Source: Proteromonas lacertae
Taxonomy: Eukaryota
Reading direction: 5' to 3'
DNA length: 31,438 nt
Assembly: GCA_002245135.1 (NCBI GenBank)
Contig: NGBS01000008.1
Span: 186,001 to 217,438 of the forward strand
Positions 1-13,478 of this stretch are shown here, in pieces. The translations under genes were made by a program, and so were the position numbers. The notes under the pieces were generated by a model. That model saw nothing but the letters and a program-made list of their open reading frames with translations. It did no database searches and was not told the DNA's origin. The first letter of the stretch is position 1; the number at the start of each line of letters is the position of its first letter.

Positions 1-2
1 TA

Positions 3-1031
3 AAAGTATTAAAATTGCCATTTTCTCAAACTGTTCCAAACAACAACGATTTAATCTTGAAGAGAATTACAGCAGCTATGACAAATATTATTTATCAATG
101 TAGTTCTAAACAATCTAACGAATTATTACTATTACGTTTTTATGGTAAAGGAACTGAAACTTTCTTTTCTAGAAAAAACGAAATTGCTGTGTTTCAAAAA
201 ATGAGTGAAATTGGATTTGGTCCAAAATTAATTGCTAAATTTAACACCGGTAGATTTGAGACCTTTTTAGTTAATTATAAACCTTTAACAAGAAGCAATG
301 CATATACACCAGAAGTGATTCAAAAAGTAGCTAAGAAGTTATATGAATTTCATCACATTGATGTACCTTCCATCTCTCATGAAAATGGAATGATAACTAA
401 ACTTGATAAATGGTTTGAAGGTGCTAAAAGAGAGAATAAAGAAAGTGAATGTTTCTTGATGGATAATGTTTATAACGAATTACAAAATCTAAAAGAATTA
501 CTCAGTAAGATTGATAATTCGCCAATCACATTTTCTCACTGTGATTTATCTTGTGGTAATACTATGATGAGTAAAACAGGAGATATTGTACTTATAGACT
601 ATGAATATGCCTGTTATGCACCAAGAGGATTTGACTTTGCTATTTATTTCGGTGAATAGTATAGATTTACACCTAATTTATTTATATATAGTATGTATGA
701 TTATAACTCTGTTAATCCTGAAGTATGCCATGCTGACTGGTTTCCAACTGAAGAAATTCAAAGAATATTCTTTGAAGCTTATCTTTCTATGAATAAAGAG
801 AAGAATGATGATACAGTTGAATCATTAATGAAGGAAATGAAACCACATATTTGTACAGCTGCTATGGTTTGGATTTTATGGGGAATAGTTCAAAATGCTG
901 TATCTACAGTTGATTTTAACTATGAGAATTACACAGTAGAAAAAATCAACTTTTATTATGATAAGAAGAAAGAAATCTTTGGAGTTGAATCTCTTCCTTT
1001 ATATGATCCGTCTAGAATACATGGATTATGA
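3..1031 (+). CDS. Choline/ethanolamine kinase (5' end outside window); 33-nt intron 659-691
   Basis: LLRFYG, GFGPKL, Brenner motif FSHCDLSCGN and choline-kinase motif LIDYEYA; splicing 659-691 joins ORF 15-659 to 693-1031 (FGEY|MYDY); WILWGIVQ near C-terminus. Confidence 0.92.
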
Positions 1032-1179
1032 TACGTTTGTTTTGTGTTAATGACTCGAATTTATTAATTTATGTTTTGAGGGTGTAGTTGTGTTTTAATT
1101 TTAAATACAATAATGACTGTATAAAACACGAGCCAAGTTATTTCTCAGTTTATTTTTCATTCTATTCTTCGAAAATCAC

Positions 1180-2102
1180 ATGCTTAAATACCATGTAGTA
1201 ATTACAAATCAAAACCAATATATGACATCAAATATACAACCGATGAATGAATATTTCAGAGGTGTGATTTCTTCTTTTGTCAATATTTCAAGTATTATTG
1301 CGATTTTACATATTATAGTTACTTATCCAATAAATAAATTAGCTGCTAGACAACAAATTTACGGTTATTCTATAAAAAAATCAGCAAAATCAATATACAA
1401 AGACGGTTTTAAATATTTGTATGATTTAATAGTTTTTTTTTTAATATTGTTAGATACAGAGGAATTGGTCCTCCATTTCTTCAAAAAGCCATTAATCTTT
1501 CTCTCATGTTTGGTTTATATGATAGTTATTTTACTATATTAAAGAGTACCTATGGTTTATCTAAAGACAAATGGTATGATCGATGTGTTGTGTCTACATG
1601 TGTTGCTTTGACAAGTTCTATATTAGTTCCATTTGAAAGAATTCAAACACTATTATCAGTGAAAGAATACCATTCAAAATATAAAAATACATTTCATTGC
1701 TTTTCAGCAGTAAGTAAACTAGGCATTCGTGAATTATATACTGCTTATTTACCTATTATTTTAAGAGATTCAATTGGAAATAGTATGTACTTTGGTTTGA
1801 AACAACCATTAACTCATTTTTTATCAACAAAATCAACCAATAAAAAGATAACTGACTTTTGTACAGGTTCTTTATTAGGTGTGTTTATTAGTTTTGTGAC
1901 TTTTCCTTTTAATGTGGTGAAAAATTCATTTCAAAGTAGAGTTGGTGATAATATACCATTACATAGATTGTTTTATATTGTTTACATACAGAGGAAAGGA
2001 TTGAAAGGATTATATAGAGGATTAGGTGTTTCATTATGTAGATCAGTGATATCTTGGGGAATTATCAATTTTGTGTATGAAATGTCAAAGTCTTATTTTT
2101 GA
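1180..2102 (+). CDS. SLC25A51: Mitochondrial carrier, SLC25A51/MCART1-like (NAD+ carrier family); introns 1292-1318 and 1419-1453; start could be 1222 or 1243
   Basis: Spliced protein NISITYPINKLAARQQIYG...[28 protein letters not shown]...PFERIQTLL...TFPFNVVK...GLYRGLGVSLCRSVISWGIIN; three carrier repeats, closely resembling SLC25A51 as recalled. Confidence 0.85.
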
Positions 2103-2177
2103 TTTTAACTTAACAATCAACACACACACAATATATATGTAATATACACACTATACTTAATGTAAATAAATAATTAT

Positions 2178-2185
2178 TGTTTGTT
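2178..2185 (+). promoter_or_regulatory. TGTTTGTT, candidate Blastocystis-type 3'-end/polyadenylation element for the carrier gene
   Basis: Exact octamer 76 nt after the carrier stop; similar GT-rich words follow other stops (e.g. 1034, 2883-2890 on minus strand). Confidence 0.4.
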
Positions 2186-2193
2186 TTTTATTT

Positions 2194-2741
2194 TTATAAA
2201 GTTCTACCGCTTACACTTCTTGGTCTTTTCGATTGTTTAATTGGGCTAGTTACTGGTACAGTATGACATGTCAATAAAGATGATAAATCTTTAGAACTGA
2301 GAGAATTAAGATAATGTTCTTCTTGAATGTCTATAATTGTATCAATGTTTTGTTTTATAGAATTTGTAAGACAGTTATTACAATACATATCTTTTGGAGG
2401 AGTAAAAGTGATTGGAGGTAATCTTACAGTCTCATGATGTTTTACCATTTGCTATGATTAATATAAATACTTTAAATTATACTGATGTTGTTGGTCTTGA
2501 GACTATTGGTGTTGCAACTCTTTCATAATACTAATTGAATAATAGAAGATGACAATACCTCTCTCGATTTTTCTTTCCAATATGGATCACGTTCCACAAA
2601 TGGATATAAGTAAGTATTTCTCATTGGATTTGGACTTGGGTTGTATTCATCTTTTGAATATACTCTATGAATATTCAAGTTAAATATATACCTATCTAGG
2701 TGTTTACATTTCCCTCTTTCATGTTTTCGGTAAGGAATCAT
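2194..2741 (-). CDS. Hypothetical protein with about 3 short introns (exact model uncertain, probable indel)
   Basis: ORFs 2523-2768 and 2194-2448 linked by GTAT..TAG introns; no recognisable domain. Confidence 0.45.
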
Positions 2742-2893
2742 TATAACTGAAAAATACAGTAAATACAATGTAATTTACATATTTATGGTAATTTCTATTT
2801 TATCATTATATACACATTTAAACATCAAATTAAATTAAAATTAATTCTTATTTTTAACATCCAATGAATTTATAAATAATAAATAAACAAAAA

Positions 2894-3598
2894 TCACGAT
2901 TGTTTCTTTGAAAATCCACTAATTCTTTTTCTACCAAATGAAATTTTCTTTGGAATTGATATACTCTCTAATTTATCACACAAATTATCTATCTCCATTG
3001 ATGAATCATCAGTAGTAGAAGAAGAAACAGGTTTTTCTATTTTCTTATGCAAATATTTACATTTATCACCTAATTTACATCCACTTTTTGTATTATAATA
3101 TTTACAAAGAGTTGAAGACTTTGGTTTATTATTATTTTTATTACTATTGAAATGAAAATTTTCTGGGAAATGATGAGCACCAATTAAATGATTGTTTCTA
3201 TCTTTACTTCTCCAATATACTTTATCACAATCATCAACTAAACATTTATACATTCGTTTTTTGAAAGACAAAGTTTTGAAGTAATTATCATGGGATTCTA
3301 ATATGTGAATTTCTAATATTTTTGAAGTTGGAAATGATTTTCTACATATTGAGCATTTGTTCTTATGAACTGCATTGAAATGATTTAATAATTCTTGGAT
3401 GGTGTTAAATTTGTTTTTACATGATATAATTGTACATTCTATCTTATTTAATGTATTCAAATCATCATTATCTCTATTGAACACAGCAAAGTCATCATAA
3501 TTCAATCTTTCATAATAACCATCATCAAAGAATGGATCTTCTATACCAAATTTCTCTTTTATCAAAATTAAAGCATCACTTCTCACTGGGATTAACAT
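2894..3598 (-). CDS. ZNF511: ZNF511-like C2H2 zinc-finger protein with an extra CCCH finger
   Basis: DPFFDDG N-terminal motif; three C2H2 fingers (CTIISC..HFNAVH, CSIC..HILESH, CLVDDC..HLIGAH-HFP); CCCH CKYYNTKSGCKLGDKCKYLH; C-terminal PKKISFGR. Confidence 0.75.
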   Translation of the reverse strand: MLIPVRSDALILIKEKFGIEDPFFDDGYYERLNYDDFAVFNRDNDDLNTLNKIECTIISCKNKFNTIQELLNHFNAVHKNKCSICRKSFPTSKILEIHILESHDNYFKTLSFKKRMYKCLVDDCDKVYWRSKDRNNHLIGAHHFPENFHFNSNKNNNKPKSSTLCKYYNTKSGCKLGDKCKYLHKKIEKPVSSSTTDDSSMEIDNLCDKLESISIPKKISFGRKRISGFSKKQS

Positions 3599-3697
3599 GA
3601 AAATAAACAAAATTCAAATTCAAAATGAAAATTAGGTGTTTCAAAAATAGAGTAAATTTTCGGTAAAAATAACTTGAATTTTAAAAATTGAATAAAA

Positions 3698-4323
<626 letters not shown>

Positions 4324-4406
4324 ATTTATATGTTAATTCTTATTTTAATTGTTGTTTTATTGAAGAAGGTTTGATCAATAAGCTTGAGATTATATTTTTT
4401 TTGTTA

Positions 4407-5685
4407 ATGAGTGAAGAGATAGAGAAAGTATTTTTTGAAATATCGATTGGGGGTAAATTAAGTATAATTATAATTATAGTATAATGTATTTAGAAGGTAA
4501 AATGATCTTCAAATTATATAATGTATATAATAGAGTTAATATTTATAGGATAAATTACCAAAAACATGCAAGAATTTCAGGTATGAGCTAAATGAAGTAT
4601 ATTGCTAGACTTCTTTGTACAGGTGAGAAAGGAATAGGTAATTATGGTTCTCCTTTACATTATAAGAATTGCACATTTCATAGAATTATACCAAATTTTA
4701 TGTGTCAGGGAGGAGATTTCACAATGCATGATGGAACAGGTATAAATCAATAATTATGATTTATTGATGAATAGGAGGTGAATCAATATATGGAGATGTG
4801 TTTGACGATGAAGGATTTATGTATAAACATAGCAAAAGAGGAATGTTATCAATGGCAAACTGTGGTAAAAACACAAATGGTTCTCAATTCTTTATAACAT
4901 CAGTATATATTATTTATTTATTTATTTATATATAATAGAAAGCATTACCTCATTTAGATGGCAAACATGTTGTATTTGGTGAAGTAGTCAGTGGTTTGGA
5001 TATATTAGATGAAATGGAAAAAGTAAAAACAGATGATGAAGAAAAACCATTAAAAGATAATGAAGTAAAAATTGAAGATTGTGGAATATATAAAGAAGAA
5101 AAAGAAAAAGAAAAAGAGAAGAAGGGAGAAAAGAAAGAGAAACACCATCATCATTCTCACCATGATAAGAAAGATAAAGAAGAAAAGAAAGAAGAGAAAA
5201 AAGAAAATAAAGAAAAAGATAAAGAAGAAAAGGATGAAAAAGAACCAGAAAAAGTAGTTGTTTCTTCAATAATAATAGGAAATGATAATTCAAAGTATAT
5301 TCCTCCACCAGTTAATTCCACTAATAATAATAATAATAATAATACAAATACAAAACCAATAATAAGAAAGATAAATGGACATGAAGTAAAAGGAAGAGGA
5401 TTGTATAAATATTTATTATTTATTTATTTAAATAGTGCAAAGTATAGATTACCTTCTAGAGAAAAATCTCCATCTAATCGAAGGAATGGTAGAGATGAGA
5501 AAAGAAAATCATCATCTAAAAAGGAATATTCTAAATCAAGTAGATCTCGATCTAATCATCGAAGTTATAGAAATAGACGAAGTAGAAGCAGGAGTAGAAG
5601 TGATCATGGAAGAAAAAGAAGAAGATATGATAGAAGTAGAAGTAGATCGAGAAGTAGGTCTCATTCGAGAAGACACAGAAGATAA
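4407..5685 (+). CDS. Cyclophilin-type PPIase with charged and RS-rich C-terminus (PPIG/CYP63-like); about 6 short introns
   Basis: Spliced [67 protein letters not shown]; then K/E-rich region, VKGRG and RSRSRS tail. Confidence 0.93.
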
Positions 5686-5816
5686 TTGACAATTTTAATA
5701 AGTATTAGATTGTTTATATGTAATGAAATTGTTTTTATGGTTATAAAAAAGGAAAATTAAAAATTTGAGTTTCGAATAACCCATTTTAATATTTTTTGAA
5801 ACACCCAAATATAAAA

Positions 5817-8049
5817 ATGAAGATTTATTGCTTATATGTGATAGTGTTACTCGTTTTAATAAATGAAATATATTGTGCTGGTTCTGATAGATGTTCGTAT
5901 AAATAATTTATAATAAAAACGAATAGAGGTCATGGTTTTTATAACAGCAGGAAAGAAGAATGTTTATGTTTTGAAAATTATGAAGGAATAACATGTCAAT
6001 CTCGAGTATGTAAAAGTGGGCCAAGTTGGGGCAATAATTCTTACAGTGTTTGTAGTGATAGAGGTTATTGTAATAGTAAAACTGGATTATGTGAATGTTA
6101 TAGTGGATATAGTGGTGACGATTGTTCTGAGAAGGGTTGTTTAAATTCTTGCAGTGGACATGGAATTTGCGTGAATGATGAAGAATATTACACTAAACAT
6201 GTTAAAAAAGTGAGTAAGAATGATGGTTCTACATATACAGTAGATGATTTAACTATTACTAAAACAGAAGTAATGAAAAGAAGATTTCAATGTATTTGTG
6301 AAAGTGGATATAGTGGAAATGATTGTTCTACCAGTATATAATTATATATATAAATATTAATAGAGGAATGTCCATTTGGAGCAATAGGTAAAAAAGATAT
6401 TAAAGAAGGCTATTATGGAAAATCATCTTCAGATAAAAAAGCTCCAAATGATGAAATTGATGCAGGAAGTGGTAATACATTTTCTTCTGATATGACTGTG
6501 AATATTGCCAATTGTCCAAAGATACCGGAAGATTCTACTGGAATTACCTGTAGATATGAATCAATTACATTAAAATCATCAATGACAAAAGATGATATTA
6601 GAAAAGAAATATTGAAAAGTGGAATTGTTCATGATATAGCAGTAGAATTGAGTAATTCACCGTTAAGTAGTGCAAATAAATTAACATTATATTACATATT
6701 AGATCCATAGTATATTTATAGTATTAATATTATATATATAATAGTGCTGGTGTACAGTGATAGGTAATTCAACTTACTCGTACTTTTTTATCCTTCAATT
6801 CCAGTATTTAGACAATGTTGTGGAAATCATACATGTACTTCAGGAAAGTGTATAATAAACAGTAGATCTGAAGATGTAAGTGCAGTAGATCCTTATATTA
6901 AAGAATATGGTGTTTATATTGAAAATGGTCAAACTACAGATGCTAATGATAATAGTTGTAAAGCTGGTGATGGTTTAAAAGATGATTGTAGTTGTGATAG
7001 TAATTATGTTGGTCCTGATTGTCATAGAGAATGCAAATCACCATCACAACCTGCAGATATTTTATTAAATTGTGATGGTCGTGGTAAATGTAATAATAAT
7101 GGCAAATGTGCGTGTGATGAAGGATTTGGAGGAGATTATTGTGAAAAAGATATAATACCAAAAGATAATGGTGAAGATGGTAATTGTAGTGGAAATGGGA
7201 ATTATAATGATAATGGAATTTGTGAATGTAAAGAGGGATATGAAGGTAATAAATGTGAAAATAGTATAATTATATTTTTAGTATAAAATAACGAATAGAA
7301 AAATGTCCAATTGGTCCAGTTCCAGTTGATTTGAGATGTCAATCAATAGGTGGTAATCCTCCCAAGATAGAATTTACATTTAAAAACTGGAATTACATAT
7401 ACTGTTAAAATGAATGGAAAATATTCTCATCTATTTACATTATCTAAAATGATAATAAAATAAACGATAATCCTTCTCAAATAAAGAGTATATATGATTT
7501 ATGATTATTGCATAATAGCAATTGGTGAATTTGTTGATTTTTTAAAGTAATTTATTGGAATTAGAGAGTATATATAATTATTATATTATTGTAGTGATAT
7601 TGGAATAGAACCAAATGATGAAAATAAAGATATAACACCAGATCTTCATTCAATCTTACATTTTATTATGTATGTATTACTATTTATTTATTCATTATAG
7701 TATTGTGATACTGAATTATGTCCAACTAAAGATAGTACTATTGATGGATTAAGAATATACAGGTTCTAATGATCATTACTTAAAAGTACAGTAATAGCTG
7801 TTGATGGCTACTACTACATATGATGTTGGGTAATCTATACTGATAAGTAGTGATTCTTTAAAATACATAGCTGGAACAATAAAATGTATGGAATGTAGTA
7901 AAAGGGGAGTATGCAATAAAGAAACTGGAGAATGTGAATGTTTTAATCAATATAAAGGAAGTAAAGGTTGGAATAAAGATTTGAAGGAAATAGGATTAGG
8001 AGATCGAAGAGATTGTAGTTATTTCTCTGAAGTAGTTATTCCTAAATAA
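5817..8049 (+). CDS. Secreted EGF/tenascin-repeat protein, stramenopile mastigoneme (Sig/Ocm/Mas)-like; several introns and apparent indels
   Basis: Signal peptide MKIYCLYVIVLLVLINEIYC; CSDRGYCNSKTGLCECYSGYSGDDCS, CLNSCSGHGIC, CICESGYSGNDCSTKECPFG; C-terminal GTIKCMECSKRGVCNKETGECECF...GDRRDCSY; frame breaks near 6750-6790 and 7380-7850. Confidence 0.7.
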
Positions 8050-8099
8050 TGAATATATATGTAATTTAATACTGTATTTTGTGAGAAAATGAAATAATG

Positions 8100-8115
8100 A
8101 AAATAAATCCGTTTC
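8100..8115 (-). promoter_or_regulatory. Intergenic motif copy GAAACGGATTTATTTT
   Basis: 14 nt before the BTB-gene ATG; variant of the recurring motif. Confidence 0.4.
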
Positions 8116-8129
8116 ACAAATAATAAAAA

Positions 8130-10749
8130 ATGCAAAATGAAGAGAATACGATGAATTCATTAAAGAGAAAAGTAGTAACAATAGTAACACCCAATGATCA
8201 ACCAAAGAAAAAACGTACAAAAGAAAAGATTAAAAATAAGACTGAATCTAGCAGTAACAAGGTTTATATAAATACTACATATTCTACAGATATGCTGAAA
8301 CGACGATAGTGTTATAATTAGTATAAAAGGTGAGTCATTTGAGGTAATAAAGTCCAAGCTTATTAGAAAGAACAATGCATTTAACAGGATTGATAATGTC
8401 ATCATCAAAGAACAAGCCAATATGTTTACCTGATGATATAACAGTGATTGGATTGAAATATTTTTACTTATACCTTCAAAAAGAGAACTTATATTGTAAA
8501 AGGAGCAGATTTAGCAGATTTACTAATAACAGCAATGCAATTCCACGAAAAAGAGTATGTAATAGAAAACAAAGAAAAATTTCAAAAAAGTATAGATGAT
8601 GATGTAGTAATAAGATTATTGGAGTTAATCCCATTAATTGATGAAAAATATGTACGAGAAGAAGTGAAAGAGATTGTATCTCCATATTTTCAAATGAATA
8701 TGTCAGTATTTTTTGATCCAAGTATATTTATTATAAAATAAATATTTATATTAAATTAAATAGTTATTTCAAAACATTTAACATTAAAATTTCTTCTATT
8801 TTTATATGATATAAATGATTTGCACATATCAAGTGAGGATATCTTAGTTGATTTGTTGTTTAATACATATAAAAGTCAAATACGGTACTTACATTCATTT
8901 ATTGATAAAATAATATGTATAATTGATTATTTCTATTTATAGTTGAAAAATCACTAGAAAAAGATTTGTTCAATGTAGCTTGTAAGATATATTGGAATAA
9001 AATAAAATCAATATCAATAGAGAATGCAGTATTACTATCGAATATGAAATTAGTCTATTCAAAGAGTCAAAGTTTAACAATAAAACGAAGTTATGTAAAA
9101 ATCTATCACAAAAACGGAAAAGAAATTGAAACTAAAATAAATGATGAAGAAAATAATACAAAAGAAAGATCAGATCCAGAGATAAATAATAATGAGATAT
9201 TAAACAATGAAATATCATCCACATTCCATTCTGATTCAGAATATGATGATGATGAAACAGATGAAACAGATGAAATAACCTCAACAGAAATAACCCCCAA
9301 AATAGATTTAATAAATAATATAAATAATAATAATAATATCAATACATTACAGCTGCTAATAAATAAATATTTAAATTATAGTGATAACAGTAATATATTC
9401 CATATTGATAATAACGATATTCCACTAATAAACTCACTATTCAGTGGAAAGAATTATCCAAAGATAGATATTAAGAAACCAATCAAATATATATTGATAA
9501 TGTTGTTCTTTTATATTCAAGCCAAAAAGAACTATATCGTAGATGAAAAATCAAAATCTTTAAAATCTTATGAAATATTAGAATTTATAATAACAAAATA
9601 TAAAACAGAACCAAAAGAATTTTATTCAAATTCCTGGCCTATGTGTTTAATTCCATTCTTACCAACTTATTGTAGTTATATTTATTCAAAATGTGGAATG
9701 AAATTATTATCTGATTTATATTTATTATATCATATAATGAATAGAGATAATAGTAAGATAAATAATATTGGTTATTTTATAAGAGATTGTATTCATAATA
9801 GTGATGATTTTAGGATATTTTCTACAACTGTAAATAATCCAGAATTGGTAGAGTTAGTTTGTATAATATATATATATATATATAGATTATTTTTTCTATA
9901 TTTATCTGTTTAGATCCATCTTTGTTAAAATATCAAAACAAATTATATGAAGAAAGTTATATAATTTCAACATATTCAAATATTTCAATCACACCTCTTG
10001 ATACAAAGACAAAATGTAAATATTCAATTGTACCAGAGTTACCATATTCACATAACTTTACAATTAATGGGATAATCAAGTGTTATAGTGAAAAAGAGAC
10101 TAATCCTCAATCATATAAAGTGACTTGTAAAAATTTGATCAATACAATAACTTCTAGTTTTTCACTTCAATATCAAAGTATAATAATTATTATACATATA
10201 AATTTATTTTTATTTTTTAAATTATATTTAATTAGATCTTACTTGGGATCTTAATCATATATCTCCAAATATTGAAATAATTCCAGGAAGATAAAGGAAT
10301 TAGACTGAAAAAACAAACCAATAAATTTCAACACTGTTTTCTTAATATTCAATTATGTAATGGAAATTATCATTTAGTAATTAAGAATTATACTCTTAAA
10401 ACAGTTGTATTTGGTGTAACTACGAAATGTAACTATGACGGGGATGATTTATGTAGAGATGATGATAGTATTGGTGTGTCAATGGATAAAAATGGAGTTC
10501 AAGGAGAAGTATATGGGAAGAATATAAGAAGAATGAGGAGAATAAGGTGTAAAGAACTATAATATCGAATTTTATATGAGTGAAGCAGGTGATACAAATT
10601 CTTATATGAAAGTTTATAGAGATACTTCTCAGCCTATTATTATTAAAGATTTGAAGAGTCCTTGTTATTTCTTCGTTGATTTGTTCGACATTGATTCATA
10701 TCTGACATTAGAATCTGTACTTATAACTAAAAGAATGAGTAAATCATAA
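8130..10749 (+). CDS. Large multi-exon protein with N-terminal BTB/POZ-like region and possible C-terminal SPRY-like beta domain; frameshifts
   Basis: VIISIKGESFEVIKSKL...PICLPDDITVIGLKYFYLYL resembles BTB; ORFs 8535, 8966 and 9922 linked by short introns; C-terminus ...KSPCYFFVDL; domain calls weak. Confidence 0.45.
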
Positions 10750-10873
10750 TTTAGTATTTTGTGACATAAATATATGTTTTAATGATGATAAAAATAATGA
10801 TTTACATACTTAAGGTAATTTACATGTAATTATTTTGAAATTTGAATTTTAAACTGTCTTTTTCTTATAAAAC

Positions 10874-12337
10874 ATGAGTGTGCCTAAAATATATGTATGT
10901 GGAGCTCCATTAGGACATTGCATGAATGAAATACCTAAAATAGTTAGTATATATTTATGTTAATGTGTAGAACCTGTTGATTTACCTCCAAACTTCAAGA
11001 TGCCAAAAAATATAAAACCATCACAACCAAAAATTCAATATAATAATTATAAAGAGGATGAAAACTCAGACAATGAATCAAATTCAGTTGAAGATTCAGA
11101 CTATGATGATGAATATGATTCATTACTTTCAGAAGTTCGTAAACTACGTGAAGAAAATGCAAATCTTAAAGAAAAATTAGAATCTTATCAAAAATTAATG
11201 GAAGATACTATAGCAGAGCAAATGGAAAAGCGAGTAGCATCCAAAGATCTTCAAATTAATGAACTAAAGAATTTAGTAAATGATTTATGTGGAAAACTCG
11301 ATGCATATAAGAAAGAAAATGAAAATATCAAAAAGCAAAACATGATGATAAAACACGAATCAGAACAAAAAGAAGAAGAAGTAAAAAAAGCAATAAAAGA
11401 CTGTAAAAGAAGTGAAATCATCAATAAACGATTACAAAAGAGTATATTGGACATACACACTGATCACAGTAAAGATATTCGATTAATGAAAGAAAGACAA
11501 GATGAAATTGAAAAAGAGAAATTGGAACAAAAGGAATTCTATTTAAATGAAATAGCAAAATATCAAAAAATGGAAAATACAATTAAAAAGGTAGAAAGTG
11601 AAAGAGATAGTGCACTTGTTCAAGCAAAAAGAATACAAGTATAATAATAATTATTATTATATAATATATTAGGATGAAGCAATGGATACAGAAACACAAA
11701 TGATTGGATTACAATCACATTATGAAAAGAAATTACAAAATTATGAATCAGAAATTGCAGAATTAACTGAAGAAAAGAATCAATTAGAATTAACAGTAAG
11801 TTCACTAAAAGAAAAAGAATCAAAATATAATAATGTATTGGAACATCAAAATCATGAAATTCAAATGTATGGATTATTACAGCAAGAATTAGAGAATCAA
11901 GTAGAGGAATATAAACAGACAATACAGTCTCAGTACAATGAATTAATTCAATACAGATTAACACTACACAAAGCTAGAGCTTCTCAAGAGAATCAAAACC
12001 AGAGATTTAAGGAAGCGAATAGAGTAAAATGCTTAGAACATATTATACATACTGACACTGAGATAATTCTTCAAGACAAAGATAGTGAGATAAATCAGTT
12101 GAAAAATGAATTGAATAGATATAAAGAAGAACAATTGCAACAGCAAGAAGAAATAGAAAGACAAAATCAATCTGAAAAAGAGAATCAATCAAATAGTCGT
12201 ATTTTAAAGAATAAAAAAAGAAAACCATCATTTGTATATTTATTATTACTTTCATGTATTTATAATTGTAGAAAACACCTTTTAAGGAAAAGTCAATACA
12301 GATCAACAATTGTGTTGGAAATGATGCATATATATAA
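10874..12337 (+). CDS. Coiled-coil protein of unknown function; 3 introns
   Basis: ORFs 11000-11644 and 11682-12365 joined by a GT..AG intron at about 11639-11672; heptad E/K/L/Q composition; spliced start MSVPKIYVCG. Confidence 0.7.
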
Positions 12338-12531
12338 CACTTTTTTCCTTATATTTATTGTTTAGTAAATTGTTTTGTGTAAAAAGTTACACAAAATTGA
12401 TGAAAATCATTTATTGAGAACAATTTATTGAGAATTTTTGAGAAGAAAATCGATCAGTTATTTTTTAAACGTTTAGTGAATTTGAATATCAATAAAAACA
12501 CTTCTTATTTTTTATATCTTTTTAGTTCATC

Positions 12532-13478
12532 ATGAATAGATTACTAGCCGTCCAGAGAGTCACTCCATTATTAAAGAGCACAATGTGTTGTATGTATGGC
12601 GTGAGATGTATGGCTTATACTCCTCAATATCACCAAGAGTCTACCAGAGTATAATTATGAGGATATTAATAATGTAGTATTGGCACAGTGATCGAGATAT
12701 TTTAAAAGCTGTTACTGAAGGATGGCTTCCTCAACAACCACATCGTCCTCCAGTTGTTTGGAAAGACAAATTAGCTAAATCTATTGTTGGTATATTAGGT
12801 AGCATCGCAGAATGGTATTTTGGTAAGAGATGGTCAGAACATGCTTGTTATGTTGAAGCATTAGCTGCTGTACCAGGAATAGTAGCTGGTAAAATACACA
12901 CAATGCACAGCCTTAAGAAGGTTGAAGATTGCTTTTGGATAAAACCCTTAATTGATGAATCAGAAAATGAAAGAATGCATTTGATGTCATTTAAAGAGTT
13001 AGCACATCTTAAATCATATGAAGAACTAATTTTAAGAGTAGTCCACTGGTCATTCAGACAAATCTTTACAACTACTTATCATTTGTCTCCTTATACCGCT
13101 CATAGAATGGTAGGATACATTGAAGAGTATGCTGTACATACATATACAAATATGTATAATGATATAAAGGATGGTGTAGTTGAAAATGTCGATGCTCCTC
13201 AAGTTGCTAAGAAATACTGGGGATTACCAGATGATGCTAAGTATTTGGACTTAGTAGCTATAGTAAGAGCAGATGAAGGAGATCATAGAATGATTAATCA
13301 CCATTTAGCTGATGAAATTGTTGTAGCTAAGCAAACTCATGATAGAGCTTGTAAGAAGTTTGATGTTGATTATGGTTATCCACTTGGAGATGGTGTATCT
13401 CAAGAAGCTAAACAAGAATATGAAAATAAGAAAAAAAAAGTTGTAAATATTATAAAATTATATAAATCTATTTGTTAA
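12532..13478 (+). CDS. AOX: Alternative oxidase with N-terminal targeting-like peptide; intron 12649-12677
   Basis: VEALAAVPG, ENERMHL, GYIEEYAVHTY, APQVAKKYW, VRADEGDH di-iron motifs; basic presequence MNRLLAVQRVTPLLKS. Confidence 0.95.

Noticed and set aside
4988..5689. Overlapping ORFs 4988-, 5072+ and 5435+
   Set aside because: Alternate-frame by-products of the low-complexity K/E and RS region of the cyclophilin
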